Assembly: GCF_006345805.1 (NCBI RefSeq)
Contig: NW_021828046.1
Span: 1-42,063 of the forward strand
Direction of reading: 5' to 3'
Source: Octopus sinensis
Taxonomy: Eukaryota
Length of the DNA: 42,063 nucleotides
Position 1 is the first letter of the stretch. Every line of letters begins with the position of its first letter. This document shows, piece by piece, positions 24,811 through 37,256 of the stretch. Made by a program: the position numbers and the translations under genes. The notes under the pieces are model-generated. The model was given only the letters and a program-made list of their open reading frames with translations, searched no databases and was not told where the DNA came from.

Positions 24811-25112
24811 TTGATAGCGATTCCATTTATTTGCCAACTGGGCAAATGATGAGGGCGGGGACAATACAAAACAGACTACTCTGCCACACTGGCTTGAAAT
24901 AGCTTGGCAAAGGGTGAAATCTTTTATACTCATTCCCAGGAGTAGTTAAGTTGATTACATCAACCCCTGTACTCAACTGGTACTTATGGTAACAACCTCA
25001 AAAGAATGAAAGGCAAAGTCTACCTTGGCAGAATTTGAATCCAGAACATATAGACAGACAAAATACCACTAAGCATTTTGTTCAGTATGCTAACGATTCT
25101 GCAAGCTTGCCA
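24630..25112 (-). mobile_element. Two diverged family C SINE fragments (24630-24765, 24940-25112)
   Basis: ACTGGTACTT...GAAAGG...AAAG...CCTTGG...ATTTGAA motifs. Confidence 0.65.
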
Positions 25113-25408
25113 CATATTTGATTGATAATTTATTTTATTATTATTTTATCCACTAATATAAAAGCTGAGACTGGCCTTTTTGGATCGGAAACAAGCATGT
25201 AAAGAACCCTATCTAAAATCCATGTGATATTTCATCCACTATTAAAGAATTTTTAGTAACTGTTTTTCATAATGGTCAAAAGGCTTGAGATTTGAGAGAA
25301 GCAGTTTAATTGATTTGACCACAAGGTTCCAGTCTTTGTTGCAGTGTGCTGGCTTGTTTATCTCAATGACCATGACAGCTGTGGTCAGCAGAATGCAGTC
25401 TTCTAGCA

Positions 25409-25650
25409 CAGTGGTTCTCAACCAGGGTTAATGTGACCTTTGGGGGCCCAACTAAGATTTTGCTATTAAGATTTTTGTGCTTATACTTCTACAATACACA
25501 AAATAATTTATTTTTATATAATTCCTAATAATATTTAATTACAAAAATACAGTATATTTCTTTTTATACACATCAAATGGCTATGAAGGCCCAGGAGAAA
25601 AACATAGGAATTAAAGGGGTCCACAAGCAAAAAATAGTTGAGAACTACTT
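25409..25650. mobile_element. hAT (Charlie-like) MITE
   Basis: TIRs CAGTGGTTCTCAAC / GTTGAGAACTACTT, with perfect 8-bp TSD TTCTAGCA at 25401-25408 and 25651-25658. Confidence 0.9.
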
Positions 25651-25912
25651 TTCTAGCAGGACCTCCTATGTGGGACAAGCTAGAAGATAGAAGCCAGACT
25701 AGTATAGATCCCCTTTTTCCAAAGCAAAGTTGCAGAAGCATCAGTAACAATTCAAAAGCACCATAACTGGCCCTCAGTCATTTATGATGACAAGGGTTCG
25801 ACAGAACAGCCTGCTCATGAAATTAATGTGCAAGTGGTTGAGCACTTCCCAGATATGTGCACCCTTAATGTAGTCCAGAGGAGAGATTCAGTGTGACACA
25901 GAATGTGACAAA

Positions 25913-26138
25913 AGCTGCGAACTGGCAGAAACGTTAGCACACCGGGCGAAATGCGTAGCCATATTTCGTCTGCCGTTACGTTCTGAGTTCAAATTCCGCC
26001 AAGGTAAACTTTGCCTTTCATCCTTTCGGGGTCGATTAAATAAGTACCAGCTACGCACTGGCATCGATATAATCGACTTAATCCTTTTGTCTGTCCTTGT
26101 TTGTCCCCCTCAATGTTTATCCCCTTAATAAAGAAATA
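25913..26138 (+). mobile_element. Family C SINE with 13-bp TSD, inserted into an older T1-tail SINE (25770-25912)
   Basis: AGAATGTGACAAA at 25900-25912 and 26139-26151. Confidence 0.85.
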
Positions 26139-26164
26139 AGAATGTGACAAAGAGTGTGTTGAGA

Positions 26165-26470
26165 TAGACAGCACTCTGTTGGTTAGGACAATAAGGGTCC
26201 CAGTTCATTCAATCAACAGAGCAATCTACGCATATGTATCTGTGCACTCCACAGATACGTACCCTTAATGTGGTTCCCAGGGAGATTCAGCATGACACAG
26301 AATGTGGCAAGCCTGACCTTTTGAAATACAGGTACTACATATTTTTGCCAGCTGAATGGACTGGAGCAATGAGAAATAAAGTGTCTTGCTCAAGGACACA
26401 ATTCACTACCAGGAATCAAACTCATGACCTTATGAACAAAATATTCTAATCACTGAGCCATGTACCCTCA
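26165..26470 (-). mobile_element. SINE with head H2 + tail T1
   Basis: The head matches 9318-9450 and the tail matches 4010-4190. Confidence 0.7.
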
Positions 26471-26714
26471 CTCAAAACCAACATAATCTGAGAGAGGAAA
26501 AGACAACCTGAAGTAAAAAAACAATGGACAAAAGTCATCGATGAGCTATACTCCACAGTGAACAAAGGGCTTAAGGAAGTAAGTAGTTCAGCCGATTATG
26601 TCAGCTCCTGTTCTTAACTGGACCTTATTTTATTGATTTTGGAGGGATTTTATTAACTCAACAGGATTTGAACACAGAATGTAAAAACCTGGGATGAATG
26701 TAATTTTTCCGACA

Positions 26715-26954
26715 TTCATTCTTTCATTTGTTTCAGTCATTTGACTGAGGCCAAGCTGGAGCATTGCCTTTAGTCGAACAAATCAACCCCAAGACTTATT
26801 GTTTGTAAGCCTAGTACTTATTCTATCAGTCTCTTTTGCCGAACCGCTAAGTTACAGGGATGTAAACACACCAACATCAGTTGTCAAGCAATGGTGGGGG
26901 GACAAACACAGACACACAAACACACACACACACATACACACACAAACACACACA

Positions 26955-26992
<38 letters not shown>

Positions 26993-27145
26993 TATATATA
27001 TATTCAACAGGCTTCTTTCAGTTTCCATCTACCAAATCTACTCACAAGGCTTTGGTCAGTCTGAGGCTATAGTAGAAGACACTTGCCCAAGGTGCCACAC
27101 AGTGGGACTGAACTCGGAACCATGTGGTTGGTAAGCAAGCTACCA
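26715..27145 (-). mobile_element. Family D SINE, near full length
   Basis: Reverse complement of 32455-32870. Confidence 0.85.
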
Positions 27146-27479
27146 AGCAACCACCATAACATTGTTGAATAATGACACTAAGCCGCTCATTTGATAGGAA
27201 TTAATATTTGAGTAAATTAAGCTCCAGTATTTCACTGATATTAAATTTTGTTTTTGTTTTGTTTTTTGTTGTTGCTTTTTTGTTGCGGACACATACATAC
27301 AACTCAGAAATCAGAAATGGCAGAGGCAGGAATTGAACTCAGGACATTAAGTTAGTTACATGATGTAGATGCCCACCTTTGAGAAAGATAGACCAAAAGA
27401 GTGTACGACTATAATGTCTAATTAATTTGCATTTGAGTTATGTCTGAAGTGAGAGACAGGTGCCAGAAAAATAGAATGT

Positions 27480-28690
27480 TGATGAGGATTATGATGATAA
27501 CATTGAAGAGGACAATGATGATGCTGCTGATGTGGTTGAAATATTTAATGTGGTTGATGTGGCTGGAATGTTCGATGTAGCTGATGTGTCTAATGTGGCA
27601 ATGTAGCTGATATGGTTGGTAGGTTTGATGCGGCAGATATGTCTAATATGGTTGGTGTGACTGATGTGGTTAGTTTATCTGATGTACTTGTACTTGTGAT
27701 GGCGTTCACCCAGGGTGGGTTGAGCCGGCTTATTCTCTGGTCCTAACGGCATCCCGAACCATGGTGGCACATGCTCGACGGTCCCGTGCGAGGTCACTGG
27801 AGAAAGTGAGCCATTCACGGTTCCATCTGCGCAGACTGATAACCTGTGGACCTGAGAGTCCGGAGAGGTCCTCCTTTATCGTCGTTGCCCAGATCTTCAG
27901 CTGTCCGCTCGTGCGTTTGTGCCAGCTGGGGAGTGGAGGTGGGAGGAGGACATCGCGAATCAGCTCACCCTCTGAACGCATGACTGAACCACCTTAAGCG
28001 CCGTTGTAGAACTGCTGAAGGGAGGGGCCGAAGATTCAAGCAATGACAAAGACTGGTTGTAGGAACCTGATCAATGTGTCGGCTTTATCTGATGAGGATG
28101 ATGTGTTTGATATGTCTGATGTAATTAGTGTCACTAATGTGTCGGATGAAGTGATATGTCTAATGTGAGTGATGTGTTAGATAAGGTGTATGACTGGTGA
28201 GTTGGTTAAGGTGACTAATATGACTGATGTGGTTGATAGTTGGATGTGGCTGATGTATCTGATGTGACTGGTGTGTAGGAAAAAGTTTATGATGTGTTTG
28301 ATATGTTTGATGGTGATGATGTGGTTGGTGTATCTAAGGGACTGGTGTGTCTGATGTGACTAGTGTCATCTGATGTAGCTGATATGTTGGATGTGTCTGA
28401 TGTGATTGGTGTGTTGGATAAGGTTGATGTGGCTGAAGGGTCTGGTGGGATTAAGTCATTTACTGAATCATATATACAATAAAAAAGATGTGAGTCACTA
28501 TATATCTCAAGGAATTTTCTGTTCTTCTGTTTAGCCTCTACCTTATTTGCAGACATTAACTTGTAGATGTTCAGAGTGGATATCATGGACATCAACTACA
28601 CCAAATACATATCAAACACATCTGACACTCCAACCATACCATCAACATTAGACACATCAAACACACCAGTCACATCAACATTGATATGAA
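27480..28690. repeat. Degenerate 9-nt-period repeat (GATGTGNNT), with an inverted block at 28580-28690
   Basis: GATGTGGCT/GATGTGTCT/GATGTGGTT/AATGTGACT-like units. Interrupted by an RTE fragment and a unique spacer at ~28450-28580. Confidence 0.75.
27685..28070 (-). mobile_element. RTE-clade LINE 3' fragment with (CAAGTA)n tail
   Basis: The minus strand gives LQRRLRWF.H...EGELIRDVLLP.PLPSWHKRTSGQLKIWATTIKEDL...LARDRRA, a typical RTE C-terminus. Tail seen on plus as TACTTGTACTTG. Confidence 0.85.
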
Positions 28691-28785
28691 TTAGAATGCA
28701 GAACGTAAAGATGGACGGAATAATGCTAAGCATTTTGTCCAGTGTGCTAATTTAATTATAATAATAATTCTTTCTACTAAGGACT

Positions 28786-29170
28786 CATCATCATCATCAT
28801 CGTTTAACGTCCGCTTTCCATGCTAGCATGGGTTGGACGATTTGACTGAGGACTGGCAAACCAGATGGCTGCACCAGGCTCTGATCTTAATCTGGCAGAG
28901 TTTCTACGGCTGGATGCCCTTCCTAATGCCAGTCACTCCGAGGGTGTAGTGGGTGCTTTTACATGTTACCGGCACGGGGGCCAGTCAGGCGGTACTGGCA
29001 ATGGCCATGCTCAAATGGTGTTTTTTTACATGCTACCTGCACAGAGCCAGTCCAGTGACACTGACAATGACCTTGCTCGAATGTTTTTTCACCTGCCACC
29101 AACACAAGTGCCAGTAAGGCAATGCTGGTAATGATCACACTCGAATGGTGCTTTTTACGTGCCACCAACA
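28786..29170 (-). mobile_element. RTE-tailed retroposon (same family as 4749-5137)
   Basis: (CAT)n-CGTTTAACGTCCGCTTTCCATGCTAGCATGGG... with internal GGTGCTTTTTACGTGCCACC-type repeats. Confidence 0.85.
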
Positions 29171-29537
29171 CAAGAGGATAGAAGGTAAATGTTGAACTTG
29201 GGACAATTTGAACTCAGAATGTAAAGACAGACAAAATAGCACTAAGCATTTTTCCCAGCTTGCTAATGATTGTACCAGCCTAAAAGACAATAATACAAAT
29301 AATAATAATAATGGTTTCAAATTTTGGCACAAGGCCAATAATTTTGGAGTAGGGGTGAGTTGATTACACTGTCCCCAGTGTTCAACAGGTACTTATTTAA
29401 TTGACCCTGAAAGATGAAAGGCAAGTTGACCTTGGTGGAATTTGAACACAAAATGTATAGATGGCTGGCTGAAATGCAACTAAGCATTTTGTCTGCTGTG
29501 CTAATGATTCTATCAGCTCTCCACCATAATAATGATA

Positions 29538-29591
<54 letters not shown>

Positions 29592-29818
29592 TAATAATAA
29601 TAAGCCTTTCTACTAGAAGCACAAGGCCTCATATTTGGAGGGAGGGATTAAGTCGATTACATCAACCCCAGTGCATAACTGGTACTTATTTAATCAACCC
29701 TGAAAGGATGAAAGGCAAAGTCAACATCAGCGGAATTTGAACTCAGAACGTAAAGATGGACAAAATACTACTAAACGTTTCATCCCGTGTGCTAATGGTT
29801 CTGCCAGCTTGCTGCCTT
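29170..29818 (-). mobile_element. Three co-oriented family C SINE copies separated by (AAT)n
   Basis: Copies at ~29170-29280, 29310-29525 and 29605-29818. Confidence 0.8.
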
Positions 29819-29824
29819 AATAAT

Positions 29825-29901
<77 letters not shown>

Positions 29902-30410
29902 CGATGACGATGACGATGATGATGATGTTCTTTAAAGAAAAACCTATATATATATTCTGAATTTCACAGGCATTTTCCCTCTTTGTCTCTCTCTCTCTTT
30001 CTCTCCCTTTCACACTTGCTCTTCCCACTTGCTCTCACCCCACCCCTTATGAATTGGGAGCTCAAAGCATGCTAAGGGAAACAAAGCAAAACACTGCAAC
30101 ATAGTTATAGACACACGACAAAGGAGTTTTAAGTCTCAATGTGCTGCCGGGGGGGGGGGGCGCAGAGAGAAGCGGGTAAGGGGGTAGGGGGGAGGAATAC
30201 AGAAAACATGTATTTAAAACAACAATAAACAATACAAATAAAGCTATTACCAAACAATGGTGGTGTTAATCTCAGCAATCAATAGCAATTTAAACTGTTT
30301 ACTGGGAAGAAGTATATACATACAGACATTAGATATATATATATGTATATATATATATGTATATATATACATATGCATATATTTATATATATATATATAT
30401 ACATATATAG

Positions 30411-30441
<31 letters not shown>

Positions 30442-30641
30442 TATATAGACATATATATACACACACACATGCATCTTGATGTATATATGTATGTGTATAT
30501 ATATTTGTGTGTGTATATATATATGTGTGTGTGTATGTGTATATATATAATGTGTGGGTGTATGTGTATATATATATGTGCGTGTGTGTATATATATATA
30601 TGTGTATGTATACACACACACACACACACTATATATATATG

Positions 30642-30695
<54 letters not shown>

Positions 30696-31424
30696 ATATT
30701 ATATTATATACATATACATACTCACAAAACAACAGGAATAAAAAGAATCACTGAGACACACAAATACAGGCATATATACACATACACACCCATATACACA
30801 TACAAGCCACACTCCATGCTAGCTACATGCAACAATTACAACACATTCTATAGTATTTTATACTTATATCCTTTGATCTCAACATATTTTTTTCCTTTTC
30901 TTTTTGTTATGTTTTTTATTTTGTTTTTTCTTATTTTCCTCTTTCACCCCTCTCTCTTCCACTCCCCCTACCACCTCATCCTCCTTCACGTATTTAATTA
31001 TTTTTCAAATGTGCTAATTAGCTTTTAATTGCTTTGCAATTGATCTTTTAATATGTTTCTAAATTGAGGTAAGCATGGTAAACACTGTGGTATAGGTGTT
31101 GGCAGAGGTGGTAGAAGTGGTGGAAGTAGTGGAGAGTGTGGCGCAAAGTTAATCTCCTCATGCAAACAAAATCTGCATGACCTCGGGTCAGTTGAAAAGG
31201 TTGATGCTTTTACACTTTATTCAGGCCTACCATCCACACCCTACCACCACCACTACCACCACCATCACTGGTCTTGACAAAGGCATCAACATCACAACAA
31301 CCCATTTACCTTTATATACCTGGATCCAATACAGCAGCGATGTGGCTAAAGTCTGTGCTACAGGGGGCACTTACACACACCTACACACTTCCATCTAGAT
31401 ATAAACACAGACACATGCATTTAT

Positions 31425-31570
31425 CATCATCATCATCATCATCATCATTTAACAGCCGTTTTCCATGCTGTCATGGGTTGGATGGTTTGACAGGGGCTGG
31501 CTAGGCAAAAGACTGCACCAAGCTTCACCGTCTGTTTTAGCAGGGTTTTTACAGCTAGATGTCCTTCAAA
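31425..31570 (-). mobile_element. RTE-type 3' tail fragment
   Basis: (CAT)n-TTAACAGCCGTTTTCCATGCTGTCATGGGTTGGATGG. Confidence 0.7.
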
Positions 31571-31724
31571 GGGTATAATTAATTAATTAATTAATTAATA
31601 ATTAATAATTTTGCTAAGTAGTTGGGTATGTTAAAAGAACCATTATTGGAAAACTTATATATATATATATATAATATTATTAATATTATATATATATATA
31701 TAATATATAGCTTTTGTTTCATAT

Positions 31725-31934
31725 TTTATTTGTTTGTCATCAGACCATGACCATGCTGGAGCTCTGCTTTGAAGAATTTTAGTGGAACAATTCAACCTTA
31801 GTGTTTATTTTTGAAAATCTTTTAAGCCTGCTACTTATTTGATTGGTCATTTTTGCCAAACCACTAAGTTATAGGGATGTAAACATACCAACACCAGTTT
31901 TCAAGTGGTCGTGGGGGACAAACACAGACACAAA

Positions 31935-31998
<64 letters not shown>

Positions 31999-32158
31999 TA
32001 TATACAACAGGTTTCTTTCAGTTTCCATCTACCAAATCTACTCACAAGGCTTTGGTCGTCCTGAGGCTATAGTAGGAAGTGTGTTGGTGCCATGCAGTGG
32101 GACTGAATGCAGAACAATGTGGTTGGGAAGCAAGCTCCTTATCACACTGCCATACCTG
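31725..32158 (-). mobile_element. Family D SINE
   Basis: Reverse complement of 32455-32870, with internal (CA)n. Confidence 0.8.
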
Positions 32159-32170
32159 TATACATATCAA

Positions 32171-32216
<46 letters not shown>

Positions 32217-32310
32217 CTGTTTAGTTACTATAAAACACAATATTACATTAATTTGATGGGTTACTTTATAATTTTGTAGAGTACAAATTTATTATCCTTA
32301 AATAAGAATG

Positions 32311-32356
32311 TTGTTGACTTCGAAGTTTCAGACAGCTGGCCCATCATCAGACTGTG
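32311..32356 (-). ncRNA. Degenerate type I hammerhead
   Basis: ACAGT-CTGATGA-TGGGCCAGCTGTCT-GAAA-CTTCGAA-GTC with palindromic stem III ACTTCGAAGT. The 3' arm of stem I appears deleted. Confidence 0.6.
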
Positions 32357-32454
32357 ATGCACTGGAGTTAGTCTTGACTTTAGATAATCTTTGCTGAACT
32401 GAAATCGTCTCTGGGTGTGTAGGTTTGATTGGAATGGTAATTAGGTTAGAAAGT

Positions 32455-32870
32455 TCAGGAGTGGTTGTGTGGTAAGTAGCTTGCTTGCCAACCACATGGT
32501 TTCGGGTTCAGTCCCACTGCGTGGCACCTTGGGCAAGTGTCTTCTATTACAGCCTTGGGCTGACCAAAGCCTTGTGAGTGGATTTGGTAGATGGAAACTG
32601 AAAGATGCCCGTCATATATATGTATATATATGTGTATGTATGTGTATATGTTGTGTGTCTGTGTTTGTCCCCACCATCATCGCTTGACAACCAATGCTGG
32701 TGTGTTTATGTTCCCATAACTTAGCAGTTCGGCAAAACAGACCAATAGAATAAGTACTAGGCTTACAAAGAATAAGTCCTGGTGTCGATTTGATTCAACT
32801 AAAGGCGGTGCTCCAGCATGGTCGCAGTCAAATGACTGAAACAAGTAAAAGAGTAAAAGAGAGTAAAGAG
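32455..32870 (+). mobile_element. Family D tRNA-derived SINE, full length (CORE-like segment)
   Basis: GGAGTGGTTGTGTGGTAAG head, B box GGGTTCAGTCCC, CCTTGGGCAAGTGTCTTC, internal microsatellite, (AAAGAGT)n tail. Confidence 0.9.
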
Positions 32871-33035
32871 TATACAGGAATAAATTCTAAGCAATAATAT
32901 AATCAAAAAATTTTATCAAAATTTCTCCAAAATAACCAAGCACACAAACCTAATTTATACCCCTCTCAAAACCCACGCACCCAAGGAAGATTTTTAACTC
33001 AAAACTGTATAAGGCAAGACTAACTCTAATGCATC

Positions 33036-33080
33036 ACAGTTTGACGATGGGTTAGCTAGCTGAAACTTTGAAGTCACTAT
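33036..33080 (+). ncRNA. Degenerate type I hammerhead (C3 to U)
   Basis: ACAGT-TTGACGA-TGGGTTAGCTAGCT-GAAA-CTTTGAA-GTC-ACTAT. Confidence 0.55.
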
Positions 33081-33177
33081 CAACAACTTTCTTGTTTAAG
33101 AATAAAGCATATTCATGTATATATAAATATGCATGCATGTATATATATATATACATATATATACACATATATATATA

Positions 33178-33681
33178 CAGGTCATCGTCGATTTATGACC
33201 TATTCAACATACAACTGATCAACTTTAAGACGATTGGCATGCCAGCTCCTGGCAGTAATAATAAATAGTTCAGTTGAAATCTAATGGGTTTAATTTTTTA
33301 GAAATTAACCCATCTATGGATGATGTCAGCTAACAAACGCTCCCCCTTGATTTGGTTATTGATCACCACTGTAGTTATCCCAAGTGTTGGATGAATATTC
33401 TGTGGCAGAGACATCAAGGCAACCTCATGTTTGTTTATAAGATGACTGCTTGAAACTCTGAAATCTTTTACTAACGCCAGAATAATAGTATAATAGAGAA
33501 TGCTGTGCGTGACTCTTTCCCAATAATGTAGCCTAAGAATGTAAAAATACAAAACAAAGCTTTGTATGTTAAAATATAAAGCAAAGCTATAGGCCAACTT
33601 ACAACCAAATCGACTTTTGACCAAATCAATTTACAACCAGTCAGTCGGAAACAATTGTAGTTGTAAGTCGACAACAACCTA
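33178..33681. mobile_element. Tc1/mariner (pogo/Tigger-like) MITE
   Basis: TA|CAGGTCATCGTCGATTTATGAC ... GTTGTAAGTCGACAACAACCTA|TA, with CpG-decayed TIRs and subterminal CGACTTACGAC-like repeats. Confidence 0.75.
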
Positions 33682-33691
33682 TATATATTAT

Positions 33692-33725
<34 letters not shown>

Positions 33726-33747
33726 GTATATAAAAGGATGATGCTGA

Positions 33748-35196
33748 TCATCATCATCATCATCATCATGTAACGTCCGTTGTCCATGCTGGCATAGGTT
33801 GGACAGTTTGATCAGGGCTGGCAAGCTGGAAGGCTGCACCAGGCTCCAGTCTGCTTTGGCATGTTCTCTACAGCTGGATGCCCTTCCTAATGCCAACCAC
33901 TTAGAGAATGTAATGGGTGCTTTAACATGCCGCCAGCATAGGTGCCATTTGCATGACACTGGTATCTGCCACGTCTATGGTTTTACTTGGCTTGATGGGT
34001 CTTCTTCTCAAGCATGGCAAAATGTCAAATGGTCTCAGTCCTTGCCTCTGTGAGATCCAACACTTGAAAGATGCTTTCACATGCCACCAGTATCTGCCAT
34101 AACTGTGATTTTTCTTGCCTTGATGGATCTTCATCTTTAGCACAACATAATGCCAAAGATCTCGCTCAATGCCTTTATGGGGCCTAACACTCGAAAAGAG
34201 TTCGGCCACTTTGCCGCCATGAGGCTCAATGTTCAAAGGGTGCTTTTTATGTGCCACCTGCATGGGTGCCAATTATGTGACACCAGCATCAGCCATGACT
34301 ACGATTTCACTTGGCTTGACGGGTCATCTCAAGCACAGCATGTCGTCAAAGGTCTCGGTCACAAGTCATTGCCTCTATGAGGCTCAAAGTTCAGAGATCA
34401 TGCTTCGACACCTCATCCCATGTCTTTCTGAGTCTACCTCTACCACAGGTTCTCTCCACAGTTAGGGATCAGTCCTTCTTTACACAGCTGTTCTCATCCA
34501 TATGTATCATATGGCCATACCAACGCATTTGTCTCTCTTGCACTCCACATCTGATGCCTCTTATGCCTAACTTTTCTCTTGAGATGCTTACACTCTTTCA
34601 AACATGCATACTGACATTGCACATCAAGCGAAGCATACTAGCTTCATTTCTTTCAAGCTTACACATGTCCTTGGCTGTCACAGCCTATGTTTCACTGCCA
34701 TGTAGCATAGCTGTTCACACACAGATATCATACAATCTGCCTTTCACTCTGAGAGAGAGGCCTTTTGTTGCCAGCAAAGGCAGGAGCTCTCTAAACTTTG
34801 CCTAGCCTAATCTTATTTTGACACTATGCTTTCGGAGCATCCACCTCCACAACTAACTTGATACCTAGATAACGGAAGCTATCTACTACCTCTAGCTCAC
34901 CCCCATAGTAGTTGCTGGAGTCTATTTCCTGTATATTTTCGGTGTTTATTGAACCTGTGCATCTACCATACACAAGAGCTATTTTCCCTGTTAACCTTCC
35001 TCTGATATTGCTGCACCTTTTATGTGTCCAAAGCTTACATTGGGTGCATCTTACAGGGCTACTACCTACACCTTTTCTACAGATTGAGCAGGGCCATCTT
35101 CATGGAGGGACTTGTGATTTGTCTGCCTTCCTACTTACTATGACCTTGCGATTTGCTAGGTTAATCTAAAGCCCTTCAATTTTAGACCTTGCTTCC
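33748..35196 (-). mobile_element. 5'-truncated RTE-clade LINE (RT C-terminal part with PHD-like insert, 3' UTR, (GAT)n tail), pseudogenised
   Basis: The minus strand gives RWPCSICRKGVGSSPVRCTQCKLWTHKRC...LEVVDSFRYLG...KFRELLPLLATKGLSLRVKGRLY...MLHGSET...LERNEASMLR...MRWYGHM..MDENSCVKK...RGRLRKTWDEV, with several stops. Confidence 0.9.
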
Positions 35197-35428
35197 AGGG
35201 TACTGAAATACCAGCTTGCTAGAAATAAGTCAATACTCCAAAACAACAAACTTTTCACTATTAAGAAATATGCAAAGTTTAATAAAATGAATATTTTGTG
35301 GTTTATGCAAAGGTAAGGCTTATTTTTATTATATTCACTGCATTCACTGTGCGTGTTTCTTAATAGTGAGAAATTTTGATTTTGGGGTGTTTACTCCTAT
35401 TTCTAGCAAGCCAGTATTTTGGTGCCCT
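35197..35428. mobile_element. MITE with long imperfect TIRs (superfamily uncertain)
   Basis: AGGGTACTGAAATACCAGCTTGCTAGAAATA ... TATTTCTAGCAAGCCAGTATTTTGGTGCCCT, with inner arms TCACTATTAAGAAA / TTTCTTAATAGTGA. Confidence 0.75.
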
Positions 35429-35572
35429 AAGGGATTTGTATATTTTGCCTAATTAGGTTAAACTTACTAGCCACTTTACTATTATTGTTATTTTAATAAT
35501 AGTAATATACTTTATTAAATTTCTATATATAAATATATATATATAATATATATATATATATAGATATATATA

Positions 35573-35605
<33 letters not shown>

Positions 35606-35733
35606 GATATATCATCACCTTTAATGTCCGCATAGATATAGATATATAAATAATACTCACACACACATATATATATAAATACATATATACAAATATATAC
35701 ATACACTATTATTTATATATATGGTGTATATAG

Positions 35734-35775
<42 letters not shown>

Positions 35776-35899
35776 TATATATATATACATATATATAACA
35801 CACACAACCTATATCATCCATATATATGTATACATAAATATATACATTCATGTATATATAAATACATATGTAATGATAGATATATATACGATATATATT

Positions 35900-36101
35900 C
35901 AAGATATGTCAAAAGACTTCATACTGTGGCACCTGCTCTCTCTGCAAGCCAGCACAGATGTGCATTTTGCAATAGAATGTGCAAGTCTTAGGCCAGGGGG
36001 TCAAGAGTCATACAAGGGCCTCACATTGCATCATTGATGACTCATTTCAGTGATTCTTTCTAGCAATGGCTTTGCTCGTATACGAGAAAGCAGCTGCTAC
36101 T
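35900..36101 (+). mobile_element. RTE (BovB-like) 3' end relic with C2H2 finger and (TA)n tail
   Basis: RCAFCNRMCKS*A, then frameshifted GVKSHTRA.H, matches the CxxCxRxxxSxxGLxSHxRxH terminus of RTE ORFs. A short UTR then TATATA follows. Confidence 0.55.
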
Positions 36102-36147
36102 ATATATATGTGTGTATATATGTATATGTCTGTCTATCTGTCTGTCT

Positions 36148-36217
<70 letters not shown>

Positions 36218-37222
36218 TATATACACATACAGAGGGAGGGAGAGAGAAACAGAAGGCAGATAGACAGACAGATAGACAGACCAATAGATAGATAGAGAGA
36301 GAGATCAATAATATATATATATATATATGTGTGTGTACATGTATGTGCTTATGTAGCATGCATTTATGTATATATGTATGCATGTATGCATGTTCATATG
36401 TGTAGAAAATATTGGTTGTCTACTTGTTACTGAATACAACGGCCAAGTTCTCCAACAATGCATTATTCTCTCTGTCTACAAACTTGTCAGGCACACATAA
36501 TTGGCCAAAAAGATAAACAAAACACAGTCAGTGTATATCTTACAGAAGACTGGACCATTGAAAAGTTAAGTTGATATTCCATACAATGACTCATAGAGAC
36601 TCACTTCCAGATCTATAATACAATTGTTCTGCAGTTTCAGCTAACCTTCTGATGTTTTTGCTACAATATATTGACTTCTTCTTTTCTATGGTCACTCATT
36701 TTTCTTTTTCCAGTAGGGCAAACTTCAAAGACATTTGCATGCCTCATAGATTTCACTTCATCTATTTAACTCTTGTTTCTAAAGGATCTTGTCGTCCATC
36801 CCAGCTCCTCGATTTTTGTTACCCTTACATTTCAGGCGGTCTTTGATCCAGTACTTGCACAACATTTAGAGGGTGGTGCTGGTGGTGGTAATGGTGGGTG
36901 GTGGTGGTGGTGGCGGTGGTCGTTTTGGTTGGGCAGAGGTCATGTGTTTCTAAGAAGTTTTATGCGACGACAAAAACATAAAAAAAAAAAAACAGGCATA
37001 AAATTTGTTTTTCAGAAATCTAGAATTTTCTGTCCTGACGAAGGTGACCAGCTCAGTTCGTTTGTTAACAGTGAATGGGAGACACTGTGACATTGTGACA
37101 CCTGTCCAAGCCATTCTGTAGGGAGAAACAAAACACAAGAATTATGATGATTTTATCATTTTGTATCATACATACATACACACACACACATACATACATA
37201 CATACATACATATATACATACA

Positions 37223-37256
<34 letters not shown>

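Larger units (their letters stand above)
32214..33110. mobile_element. Inverted pair of Penelope-type pLTR relics, each with a decayed hammerhead, split by a SINE
   Basis: 32214-32454 (minus sense) and ~32880-33110 (plus sense) are diverged inverted copies sharing CAAGACTAACTC.A.TGCATCACAGT-(C/T)TGA(T/C)GA-TGGG..AGCT..CT-GAAA-CTT(C/T)GAA-GTC. Confidence 0.7.

Noticed and set aside
37030-37075. CTGACGA hammerhead-like core (also CTGAAGA at ~7776, TTGATGAGAAAC at ~11285, GCGAAAC at ~41317)
   Set aside because: No correctly spaced second core half with stems I-III.
36836-37090. Possible exon AVFDPVLAQHLEGGAGGG...
   Set aside because: It has an acceptor-like TTTCAG but runs into a GGT repeat, has no clear donor or homology, and is not phase-compatible with the 21781 exon.
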